A stretch of DNA of 64,000 bases, taken from the NCBI RefSeq assembly GCF_009914755.1, contig NC_060938.1; one strand, written 5' to 3'. The DNA comes from the human T2T-CHM13v2.0 reference genome, Homo sapiens. Position 1 is the first letter of the stretch, and every line of letters begins with the position of its first letter. Below are positions 51,714-64,000 of the stretch, piece by piece. The notes beneath the pieces are model-generated. The model saw nothing but the letters and a program-made list of their open reading frames with translations, did not search any database and was not told the origin of the DNA. The translations under genes were made by a program, and so were the position numbers.

Positions 51714-52129
51714 GGTCTGGGTGTGCTGACAGCCTTGGGATTTGCCTTTATCAGGCAACTTCTGGGGTGGGCTTGCTGAGGTCCTGTTTGCTGGAGGAGG
51801 CAGTACGCCCTGAGAACTATCTTGTCCTAAGGAATGGTTGAGGCTACTAATAACAATGCCTCAGTCATCATAGGATCAAGTCTGAGAAGAGCGCGAGGTC
51901 TTCTCAGAGCTGCTTTCTCTCAAGCTCTGTAAGATACAGCAGCCCAGAGACAAAAGCATAGAAGACATGAGCGGCATCTTCTTGCCTCTATTTTGAAGTG
52001 GGCTGCAATGCCGGAGCATGCTGGTGTCACACAAAGGTGGGGTGGGGACAGCTTGATGCTGGCTGCAGAGACCACCATCTGGGTATCTTCCTGCCCTCCC
52101 AGGCAGCAGTGAAGGTTAGGAGACTTTAG

Positions 52130-53150
52130 TATAAAAGCCAAAATTGACAAGTGAGATCTAATTAAACTAAAGAGCTTCTGCACAGCAAAATAAACTACCA
52201 TCAAAGTGAACAGACAACCTACAGAGTGGGAGAAAATTTTTGCAATCTATCCATCTGACGAAGGTCTAATATCCAGAATCTATAAGGAACTTAAATATAC
52301 AAAAATAAAACAATCCCATTAAAAACTGAGCAATTGACATAAACAGATACTTCTCAAAAGAAGACATTCATGCGGCCAACAAACATGAAAAAAAGCTCAT
52401 TATCACTGGTCATTAGAGAAATGCAAATCAAAACCATGATGAGATACCATCTCATGCCAGCCATAATGGTGCTTATTAAAAAGCCGAGAAATAACAGATG
52501 CTGGTGAGGTTGCAGAGGAACAGGAAGGCTTTTACGCTGTTGGTAGGAATGTAAATTCATTCAACGTTGTGGAAGACAGTGTGGTGATTCCTCAAGGATC
52601 TAGAACCAGAAATATCATTTGACCTGGCAGTCCCATAACTGGGTATATACCCAAAGGAATATAACTCATTCTCTTATAAAAATACATGCACACGTATGTT
52701 CACTGAAGTACTATTCACAATAGCAAAGACATGGAGTCAACCCAAATGCCCATCAATGATAGATTGGATAAAGAAAATTTGGTACATATACACCATGGAA
52801 TACTATGCAGCCACAAACAGGAATGGGATCATGTCCTTTGTAGAGACATGGATGGAGCTGGTAGCCATTATCCTCAGCAAACTAATGCAGGAACAGAAAA
52901 TCAAACACCATATGTTCTCACTTATAAGTGGGAGCTGAACAATGAGAACACATGGACACGGGAGGGGAACAACACACACACTGGGGCCTGTGGGGTGGAG
53001 GCTGCAGGGAGGGAGAGCATCAGAAAAAATAGCTAATGCATGCAGGGCTTAATACCTAGGTGATGGGTTGATAGGTGCAGCAAACCACCATGGCACACAT
53101 TTACCTATGTAACAACCTGCACATCCTACACATGAAACTCAGAACTTTAA
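52130..53150 (+). mobile_element. 5'-truncated L1PA (about L1PA10-13) 3' end
   Basis: ORF2 C-terminus (MFTEVLFTIAKTWSQPKCPS...) and 3' UTR GGGAGAGCATCAG...TGATGGGTTGATAGGTGCAGCAAACCACCATGGCAC. Confidence 0.9.
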
Positions 53151-53800
53151 AGAATGATAGTTGTCCTTTGAGGGGCACATACGTGCTGGGGAACTTTATG
53201 TGCATTCTCTCTAATTCTTACAGGAACCCTGCGAGGTAAATATCATTAACCGTGTTTCCAGGTGTAATAGAATGTCAAATTTGCTCACAGAACGTGCAGA
53301 CGTGCAAAGACAACGTAGACTCTATTTTCTCTAGCTGACTTGAACCTTCTTATGAGTCCACACCCTGCTGGGTAGCACAAAACTGACTCTTGCCAATTAA
53401 CAGTGTCTCAATGTCTTCTGGGTTATAGCCTCTTTCCTATTTAAATAGTCAAGGTTTCCTAAGTTAAATTCCCTATCAGGGCTGTTTTCATTTGTCTTTT
53501 AATTAGTCTCTTTTGGATGACTCATTCTCCCTTGATGATCCCATTCTCTTGCAGCATTCCTTACTCCCTGCTTCTTGCCCACAGATGGTCCTGAGTGTTT
53601 GTAGGACTCACTGGAATTCCACAGGGTCAGGGATGGGATTTCTGGACTCTCACTGCTCTCTACCAGGGGAGGCTGGTCTGGTGTACACCAGGTCTGAGTG
53701 GCCAGGGGAGGAAAATGGACCCACTGGTCTTCGAGGGTGACAGGTGCCTGGAACTGCCAGGCTCTGGTCGGCTGTCCTGTAGTGAAGTCTGCACGAGGCA

Positions 53801-53811
53801 ATGACTCAGCA
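53801..53811 (+). promoter_or_regulatory. ARE/MARE-type motif ATGACTCAGCA
   Basis: Exact RTGACTCAGCA (NRF2/BACH1/NFE2-sMAF consensus). Confidence 0.35.
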
Positions 53812-55122
53812 CCTTCCTGTCCTGTCTCTGTGCTGGGGCACATGGAAACTTGTGGATCCCCATATGTCATGTACCAGCCACGGGGATCCTCATGCCTTGG
53901 GCAGCGGGGGATCACACTGGCTTGCCACTCTCCCAGTCCCTCTCTTACCATGATCCCTGGGGCTGGAAGGGGTCACGCTTCCACTACCTCCATGTCCCCT
54001 GCAGATTCTCTCCAACTTGGCATGCATGACAACTCTGTGATACAGCTCAGTGGCCTTGTAACTTTTTTTCTGTGTCCTCAAAACCTTCTAAAAAGCTACA
54101 ATCTTCTTTAAAGATGCTTTTTATCTAAATTATACTAGATGCCTTTTATCTAAATTAAATAGTTGCAAAGGATGTAATTATTGGTATCTTGCAAATATTG
54201 ATATTTTAGGGTACAACTGTTATATCACTCTTTTAAACTTATCCAATAGAATCTAAATACCATAGTGATTTAATACCCATGGTTCAAAAAACACATGAAC
54301 AAGCTCTTTTTTATCAGTTGGAAGTTACATAATGTTTCTCTCTTTCCTTGAAATTGTATTTCCATTTCATTTCTGCAGAACTTTATCCTAACATGATATA
54401 TTTTTATGCTTGAAAGTCTTTTATGAATTACCCTATCATTCTTCTCAAAAAAATTTGTATATAAGTTGAACATTTTCAATTGTTTTTTTTTGTCACCACA
54501 GCACTGTCTTAGAAAATTTATTATGGATTAAGTTCTAATTAAAATTATTTTTGATACATAGTTGATCAAAGTTATACATATATAGGTACACACACATACA
54601 TACTATGCATTTTATGGTTAATTATTTAAGCATAGGTTTTGCACCCTGGGACAATGCTTCTTGGTGAAATTGGAGGTGAGTGCCTTTCTCTGTAGAGTCA
54701 GGGAAGGGCACTAGTGTAGGGGGAGATAGGAAAGGGTCACAGACACACACTGCAGGTGGAAGAGGACATTGATTTCCTTATAATGATCTGGACCCAGAGG
54801 TGCCTCGGTAAGCAGGAAGTTTCTGGAAGTCTGAAGACCACTCTGCCCCAACCCTGGCTCCCCAGGTATTCATAAGGGAGTGGCCACACTAGTTCCACCC
54901 TTTCCTTCTCTGGGACAATAAACCTCACGTAAATGCACAGGCTTAGACAACAGCAAGTAAATACAAATAAGGATCAGTGCTTTATAAACGTCAATATATT
55001 ACCTGTACCACAGAGGTAAGGAAATTAGGATGTGGAGATGTTAAAAGAGCTTGTCTACATATTAAGCCAGTTGGTGGCAAAGCAGAGATTTGAAATCAGA
55101 TTGGAATCCTTCCTCTCTACAG

Positions 55123-55312
55123 CACTGTGATTTCAAAGTGAGCCCATGGATAGCTGCATCAGCATCAAGTCTCTTTTCAAAATGATTTAAAATTCCTGGG
55201 CGCCACCTTTAAAATTCCACACGCCTCCAGTGTGTCTGCAGGTGGGGCCTGAACATTTATTTCTTTAAGAGCTCCCCTAAATGATTCTGAAGCTGGGCCA
55301 GGGTTGAGGCAC
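55123..55312. mobile_element. MER5-family DNA transposon remnant
   Basis: TTTCAAAGTG...AGCTGCATCAGCATCA...GGTGGGGCCTG...AGCTCCCC...GATTCTGA. Confidence 0.6.
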
Positions 55313-55436
55313 GAGAGCCTACATTTGTTCACGAGCACAGAGGACACCCTGCTCCCAGATGCAGCATTCAAGACCCAGGTGGGAGGAACTTGGCAGGAGA
55401 TAGAAGCTGGAGGTCTCCAGAGGGGCACCTTCTTGG

Positions 55437-55743
55437 TTTTTTTTTTTTTTTTTTTTTTTGAGATGGAGTCTCGCTCTTTCACCCAGGCTGGAGGGCAGTG
55501 AGGCAATCTCGATTCATTGCAATCTCTGCCTCCCGGGTTCAAGCGATTCTTGTGCCTCAGCCTCTTGAGTAGCTGGGATTACAGGTGCACACCACCAAGC
55601 CCAGTTAATTTTCTGTATTTTTAGTAGAGATGGGGTTTCGCCATGTTGGCCAGGCAGGTCTCGAACTCCTGACCTCATGCGATCTGCCTGCCTTGGCCTC
55701 CCAAAGTGCTGGGACTACAGGCGTGAGCTACCGTGTCTGGGCT
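55437..55743 (-). mobile_element. AluS
   Basis: Poly-T plus a full antisense Alu dimer. Confidence 0.95.
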
Positions 55744-57859
55744 GTTGGTTGGTTTTGTTGTGACCATTTAGATGGCCTTGCTTTGAAGCCCAGGCTCCAA
55801 GACCTGGGAATCTTAGGTGCCAGGGGTATCAGGAGGGAGGAGGAAGCACACCTTCCTCTGGCAGCTTCTGCTCAGGGCTGCTTTTAAGGCGCCTGTTGTG
55901 GATTCCGGTGCTTTGCTTCTGATCTCTGGTGAAGATCTCTATGCTCCTGGAAAATCAGCCTGGAGCAAACTCAGGGTCTTGGGATACTGGTTGCCATCTA
56001 TCTCCAATATCGTGGGGAACAGCCCATCGTGAACTGATCTCTTTGATAAACTCAGCTCAAGGACATCCTTAGTGCTTTGTCGGCAAGGCAGCCCTTTCCC
56101 CTGGGCCCTCTCTGAGCCCCTTCCATGTTGGATTTCCTCCACAGCTGTTATGACTTTGACAGTCTTGGGACTAATTCCCTATCTTGCAAGGCAGCTAAAA
56201 GGGAGGGAACACTCATTGCAGTCTGACAATCTGAGCTTTCTTCTGGGGCAGAATGACCTTAAGGAAAGTCGGGTGTCATCAACAATCACCAAATCCCAAA
56301 CCCAGCTCTCCGCCTATACTCCGCTTAGAGCTGGGCTTGGGAGAACCGGGTTAATGCACACCTCTTTCTAGCAAGGAAAGATGAAAACATTTTTCCTATG
56401 CAGGAGGGCCAGAGGGTGAGTATTACAGTGGAGGGAAAGATGGTAGATCTATTTATCACTGTGTTGTCACTTGAAGGGAAAACAAGCTTTAGTCCCACTT
56501 GCCATGGGGCCCAGGTGGATGCCAATTGAGTTACTAAATTTCTATCTGAAAAATGGTGTCCAATACTAGAGCCTTCAGGGGACATCCTTAATGGGAAGCA
56601 TTGGCAGAGCAATAAATATCGGGCCGCAGTTCTTGCCTGGGCATGCTGACTCCAACGCTGATGCTGCACACTTGTTTACTCATCTTTTTCTGGAGACAGT
56701 CCCCAGACTCGGGAATCTGAGGGATTGTCCCAACAATACTTTAAGCCTTCCATTAGGCCTCTGTGCCAAGCACTAATGAGGCCCAAGTCCTGCAGCAAAA
56801 CTCCAGCCCCTCCTTCCTCATCAACTCAGTTTTACTCTTTCTGCCAACTCTGGCAATTGACTCATGAGAAATCCTGTTAGAGGATTTTTTTTTTCCCTCT
56901 TTAAAACCCACTCACTCCACACCTCATAAAGGTTACAGAAAGGTGCAGTAATGGTCTGGCAGACATGTACCTAGTGAGATAAATTTTCCATTGTGAAAGC
57001 ATCTACTCCTCAATTTGGTTCTGATGTAGAAGGCACAAAATCCCTTACCTCACTTCCTGAAAGTTGCCAAGATGTGACATAGAAAGCGTATGAGGACCCC
57101 AGGGGATTTGGTACTGGTATCTCATTAGAGGCACTGACATTTATGATATATCAAAATTTTAGTGGGAGGTTTAAGGAAGATTCAAGATTTGGACAGTTAA
57201 TGCTATGATTTCCTTAAAAGCATGAGGCACTGAGTAGCAATGGATATTTTTGATCATCCAAAAAAAATCCCCTTCTCTATGGAAACTTAAAATCTTAAGA
57301 AATAGTTTAATTTCAGCTCTTCTGTCTACAGGCAAGAGAGTAACCTCTGGCCGCAGAGAATAATCCCTGTCACTAACATCACGGAGAATTAAAGACACAG
57401 CTACTAACACCTTCTACCTCTCCAGGAGAATGGCTTTACCAAAGTCTTCCCGAATGCCCAATCAAAAGAATTTTCCCAATTTCTTTGTACCATTAGGCAG
57501 TTCTACATTTATTCAATCATTCAATCATTCAACAAACTACTGCTGTGTTGAATGAACAAAACAGGCAGGTTCTCTGGATTACAGCTGAGCAAGGGGGAAT
57601 TAAGGATGAGTGGGGAGGTGAAGATCACGTAGTCCAGGGGCTTGAACCAGGACCCAGATGCTGCCAGTAGTGTAAGGAGAGGCACACAGAGTTGTGATCT
57701 GTTTTGAAAATGTAATGATAGAACTCACTGAAGAATAGGATACGAAAGGATGGACAACTGGTTTCCAACAGAAACAACCTGGGGGATCCAGGTGCATAAG
57801 ATGAAGAAGAGCAGAACAGGCATACTTTTTTTCCTCCTGCAGTTCTGACCATTCTTTCC

Positions 57860-58985
57860 CTTTTCTTTGTGAGTTTCTTTCACTTTGTAAGTCCTTTAAA
57901 CGTCGATGTTTTCAGGCAATTTATCCTTAGCCTTCTTCTCTCCCATGTGAGTTATTTCTTCCACATCCGTGGCTTCACTTACAAAGCAGATGACTCTCAA
58001 AGCCATGCAGACAGCTCAGCTCAGGCCTGTCCACTGAGTTCCACATCCATGTTGCCCACCAAACACTGGGTCTTTTCATGGGGATGTTTCTTAGGCATTT
58101 GAATTTGAACGTGTTAAAAATGGAACTCCCCTTCTCCCCCAGCCATCTTCCACTACTCACTATCTGTCTCTGCTAACTTGTCCTGCTCCTATGTTTCCTG
58201 GCTTTGGTCATTGGACCACCAGCCTGCAGGTCACCCAAATCAGCATCCTGGAAGGCATTTGAGATCCTCCTTGCCCTCTCACAGCATTCCTCTTCTCACT
58301 CTATGTTATTGACTCTCTAGCTTGTATATTTCTTGGCTCTGCCTTCTGCTCTTCATCTCCCCCTCCAGCTTCACAATTTCTGTCCTTGTCATTTCTCATC
58401 TAGGGACCACAATGTCTTCCAACTGTTCCCTCTGTCTCAGTCTTGATTCCTTTCAATCCATCCTCCATGCTGCTCCCAGAATGATCTTATTCTCCCCTCC
58501 AAAGCTGGTAGGTGGCTCACCACCTCCTTAGGAATAAAGCCCTTTGCACATTAGTTTAAAACTTCCAAAGCCCAACTCCTGCTAACAACCACAGTGTCAT
58601 CTCATTTCACGCTTGATAGAAGTCATCCTTGCACCTTCCTTAATACCTATCTCATGACCTTTCTTGTGCAATGTGCCCTGGGGTTGAAAGGCCTTCTCCT
58701 CCTCTCCCTTATTCACTTGATTTGTACCCACCTTCAAATTCATTGAAATCCTTCCTTCTCTTGGAAACCTTCCCTGAGTCCTCCGGCTGACGTGGGCACC
58801 CTCTCTCTGTGTGTTCTTACCCCTTCATTAGGCATTCTGTACCCCAGGCTGTCACTGTTAATTGACTCCAGTAGGTGGCAAGTTCTGGAGAACAGGGTTT
58901 CTTTCTTATGTTCGTCTGTATACTTAGCACCAAGCACTGGATACACTGGTAACCATCAATACATTTAGCTCAATGAGTGAACAAA
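57860..58985 (+). mobile_element. L2 remnant
   Basis: GCAGATGACTCTCAAA...GGATGTTTCTTAGGCATTTGAA...CATCAATACATTTAGCTCAATGAGTGAA. Confidence 0.7.
58868..58881 (+). promoter_or_regulatory. CTCF core motif CCAGTAGGTGGCAA
   Basis: 13/14 match to CCASYAGRKGGCRS. Confidence 0.4.
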
Positions 58986-59017
58986 CTGGTTTTTATGCAT
59001 TTTGCAGAGAAGCTCTA

Positions 59018-59434
<417 letters not shown>

Positions 59435-60019
59435 CTATGTTTTCATCTTTTTTGTCTTGAAAAATATTATTTATTAATATCCCTTAGGCTGATTACAATA
59501 AACATACAGAAAGCCTTGACTGAGTCTCAGCTATGAAGAATAAGACGATAAAATTCACACACACTCGTTAACTAGTATCCTCTCTTAATCTTGAAATTGC
59601 ATCCTATTAGACAAATGATTTATGTTTACCGTAGGAGTGTAAACAGCTCTCTAATTCATGAATATTAAGCAGCATCTGTATGTCATTTAAATAAGGGAAT
59701 TACTATCCTGGGAAAGTTAGAAATGGGAAAAGTAAAAACAAAAATGAAAACAAGAAAAAAATTTGGAAGAGCTCAAAAGGTTTGTCTTACCATTGGCATA
59801 AATTATAACTCTCATGGAGCAGGAACACTGTCTGGTTCACTTGGCATTCCCAATGCCAAATGCATTGCTTAGCCCAGAATATATGAAGAAGGAAGGAAAG
59901 AGAAAAAATAGGAATAAAAGATGATGAAGACTGGATGACACGGGAGCAACAATGGGCACGTTTTAAAAATACACGTGCAGTTTGTTCTTACATGAGACAT
60001 GCACAGAATTTTCAATGGA

Positions 60020-60480
60020 AGAGTGGTCACTCAACTTCATACTTAGCCTTTTTTTACCCACCTTTCTACTTCTGGGACAGGAAAAGCCTGAAACTATGCC
60101 TCTCAGACTTCTTAGCCAGCTGGCTTACTAGATTCTGCCAATGGGAGGTAGTGATGGGAGACTATCAGCTCCAGGCAGCAGTAGCAGCAATGGAAGCAGC
60201 ATCAGTGGGCAGCAAGCGCCTCTCCTGGGTTCCTCCTCAGCAGCCAGGTGATTCCTACTGTGGCAGCCAGGAGAGTGCAGTGGACATGAGCCAGGACATC
60301 ATGTCCCCCTTGCTCTTCTAAGCCCTTTCCACAGTTACTTATCTTTGAGCAATTTTGCAGTTTGGATTTTTGTGCTCCCCAATCCCTCCAACACCCCATG
60401 AACCATTTACCTGTATGAAATGCCCTCTGAAATATCTGGAATATTTTCCATTTTCTTGATTAGACACTGGCTGCTCCACA
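60020..60480 (+). mobile_element. LTR33-like ERVL LTR remnant
   Basis: TCAGACTTCTTAGC...TTCTGCCAATGGGAGG...CCTGTATGAAATGCCCTCTGAAATATCTGGAAT; subfamily uncertain. Confidence 0.5.
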
Positions 60481-61074
60481 GACATCAACCACCAGACATT
60501 GACAAATGCGTAAATTAACATATCCATGTTTGGTTAAAGGTATACAAAGCCTCTTTCAACGGTAAAATGCATTTGAAACCAAATAATACATGAAATAAAG
60601 AAGCCAGTTGCTAGCAATGGGTATATTAAGTGTAATCTCTCTTTAATAGTGGGAGATTATTTGATTTTAAATCAGAAAAGGTAAAGAGATGTTAGTAGCC
60701 TCAGAGGCCTCTAGACCAGGTCATCTATCAGCCAGTTGTCTGCCTTTGGCAACCACCTCAACTCTTTCTGCCTTAGTTTCACTCTCTGTAAAATGAAAAG
60801 GGCCCAATTACAGCTCTCAGTAAGATTCTAAGACTGAAGTGTTGGGGATTTATACCTTTGAATAAAGTCTTCCTTGGACAGCTGGGAGGAAAATCCCGCA
60901 GATATAAGGAGACTCTGGGCTTGGCTAGAGCTCCCAGGTAGCCTGAACCTGATATGCATGTCTGTGGGCATCCTGTTAGCACATCAGAACGCCATTCCTT
61001 GCCAGAGGTTTGTCTTTGCTGTGCGCCCAGGAATCATTTCAAAAGCTGTGGATGCCAAGTCATTGCCGTGGCAG

Positions 61075-61090
61075 TGACCTCTCATGACCT
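61075..61090 (-). promoter_or_regulatory. perfect DR4 nuclear-receptor element AGGTCAtgagAGGTCA
   Basis: Plus strand TGACCT-CTCA-TGACCT in apparently unique sequence. Confidence 0.55.
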
Positions 61091-61711
61091 TTCCCATTAT
61101 ACTCACAAATGCAATAAAGCAAGTTCATGCAAGGTGCGTATGATGAAATTAATAGCCCTATAACAAATACGAGGATTGTGCCAGGAATCTGTCACATTAT
61201 TAAATACAAAAGAACATTTGTAGACATTGCAAGCCTGCTTTCTGCTGGTAAGTTTGCTCTGCTATATTATCATTGATTTATGTCTCTTAATGTGTTCCCC
61301 AGTCACCATATATATTTTGTTAATATTAATGTATTTATGCATCTTGAAATTGCCTAATTAATCCCTTGCTTTCCCAATGAGTTATGTAAGTTGGTGGATT
61401 TATATGATAAATATTATAATGAAGAAAACATAACAATGGAGCATAAAATACTAACTTAATTTACCATACCCATGGCAAAGAAGTTTAGACTATGATCTCC
61501 CCTCTGAAATTAACTAATATTTCTTATTGCTTTTCCTAATTAAAACTTATCTCTTTCCTATATCCTAAGGGTACCATTTTTATTCCTGAAAATATGTAGG
61601 AGCTACTATGTATCAAGTCACTGTGTTGGGGGTTTTGGAGAATATTAAACTAAGCAATAAACACACTCCCCTCCCTAGGTACTTAATTTTATTTATTTTT
61701 TAAATCTAGGA

Positions 61712-62187
<476 letters not shown>

Positions 62188-62644
62188 CCCTGGTAGGAGA
62201 TTTAGGCCTCCATTCAGGCCTCTAGATGGTTAGAGCTCTGCGAGGAGCTCCAGACTGAGCTCCTCACTGCTTTGGTCACCTCTGTCTACTCAGCACTTAG
62301 CACAGTGCCCGGCACATCATGGAGCCTAAATAATACTTGTCGAATGTTAGATGAATAAATACACATATCACAATGCAGAATAGGCCAATAGCGAGGTATA
62401 AATAGAACACTAGAAGAGTCCAGAAAAGGAATACACTGATACTGGAGGGATAGGGGCCCAGGAAGAAGAATTCCTGGAGGAGAGATTGTGGAAAAATGAG
62501 GTTGAGGAAGGCATCTTAAGCAGAAATGCTCTGAGAGTGGATGAGGATGAGCTGGGAGATCAGTCGACCTGGAGTGTAGGGTGGGCAGAAGATCGGTTGA
62601 AGATAGGGCAAAAAGAACTTGAACTCAGTTCATGGAAGGTCTGG

Positions 62645-63450
62645 ACATGCAAGTTAAAACCACAGTGAAACGTCACCTCACTCCAGTAAGAATAGCTATC
62701 ATCAAAAAGACAAAAGATAACAAGCATTGTCAAGGATGTGGAGTAAAGGGTACCCTTACACACTGTTGGTAGGAATATAAATTAGGACAACCATTATGGA
62801 AAATAATATAGGGTTCCTCAAAAAGAAAAAAAATGGAACTACCATATCATCCAGCAGTACAACTACTGGGTGTATATTCAAAGGAAATGAAGCCAGTATG
62901 TCAAAGTGATATCTGCACCCCTGTATTTATTGCAGCACTATTCACAATAGCCAAGATACGGAATCAACCTAAATGTCTATGTGTGAACACACATGTGAGA
63001 TGATTAATGGGTATATTATTAATTGTGCTATAGTTTATAAGAGAAGAAGGTTGGAACCAACATAAATGTCCACCCTACGGAATTGGTTAGATACACAACC
63101 ATAGCAAAGAATAAAGCGGCTGTTCATGTAAATATGGAATGACCACCAAGAGCTATTGTTGAATGAAAGAAGCAAAGTGCCAAACAGTGGCAAAACATGT
63201 TACCATTTTCATATCATTATGATAAAAAAATGAAGGATGAAATTTCAGAAAGTGTATTTATAGATGCCTAAAATATTTCTGGAGTGTACACAACTTGATG
63301 AAATTGGTTGCTATTGGGAAAGGAATTCAGTTGCTGGAGGTCTGGGGCAAAAGGAGAATTCTTATTATGTATATGCTTTTGAATTCTTTGAATTTAGAAC
63401 TTGAAAATGTACTACCTATGCAAAGAAATTAAATTTAAAATATTAAAAGT
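62645..63450 (+). mobile_element. L1M fragments
   Basis: TAAAACCACAGTGA...GATAACAAGCATTG...GCACTATTCACAATAGCCAAGATACGGAATCAACCTAA, then an older L1M-like 3' end. Confidence 0.75.
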
Positions 63451-63677
63451 GATTGTCCACAAATGATTTCAGTTCAATTCCTGATATGTTTCTAGGTATA
63501 ACAACAACAAGAACCAACAACCTCAAGCAAACGTGTTATTTATAACCCAAGCTGCCTTCTAAGGGAAGTCATTGCCCATGGAGAGTGAGTCTCCTTGTTC
63601 TGCTGAGCATAGCAATTGTTTCTACACGTGAATTTGGGGGTAGGTGCAGAATTTCTCTGCATAAGAAAGAGATTCTT

Positions 63678-63763
63678 CCCAGGAGGCGGCGGTTGCTGTA
63701 AGCTGAGATCCCGCCATTGCACTCCAGCCTGGGAGACAAGAGCAAAACTCCGTCTAAAAAAAA
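63678..63763 (+). mobile_element. heavily 5'-truncated Alu
   Basis: Last ~80 nt of the right monomer plus A-tail; TSD AAGAAAGAGATTCTT / AAAAAAGAGGTTCTT. Confidence 0.9.
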
Positions 63764-64000
63764 AAAAAAGAGGTTCTTAGGTTAATTTAAGAGAGAATAA
63801 GTGAGGAGGAAATTTGGGATGGGAGAGAGTAGAAGGAGATGTGATGAGAGTGAAAGGCTGGGTTTGCTACATGGGACAGAGATAGACTATAAAAAACTGA
63901 AGACCAGAGCAACCAGAATGAACTAGACAGAATTGTATATTGTTTTTCTTGGGTGCATAATGCGATGTTGCTTCGCTGTGATCCTCAAATCTTAATTATG

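Noticed and set aside
54085-54590. AT-rich block resembling a hAT/Charlie DNA transposon remnant
   Set aside because: I could not identify terminal repeats or assign a family.

Overview
Primate (hominoid, most likely human) non-coding genomic DNA: intronic or intergenic and dominated by interspersed repeats. I recognise no host protein-coding exon, RNA gene or CRISPR array. All long ORFs in the track come from LTR12, L1 or Alu sequence or look like chance. Repeat subfamily names are recalled from consensus sequences and need RepeatMasker/Dfam confirmation. The most notable structure is a nested L1 complex at 27.1-40.6 kb (L1M > L1PA15/16 > THE1 and a young L1PA3/4). The young L1 is atypical: its 5' end is intact, it is 3'-truncated inside ORF1, it has no poly(A), and it has a perfect 15-bp TSD. 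Its antisense ORF0 stays open through the L1 5' end and continues in frame into the host L1 ORF2, giving a 195-aa ORF0-ORF2 chimeric ORF. Three locally templated rearrangements are also visible: a ~0.8-kb inversion splitting a MER41A/MER21 pair, a ~260-bp inverted duplication, and a ~195-bp direct templated insertion. Candidate regulatory motifs include a MER41B GAS site, an LTR12 NF-Y promoter, three same-orientation CTCF cores, a perfect DR4 and an ARE. None of this shows a new biological system without expression or conservation data.
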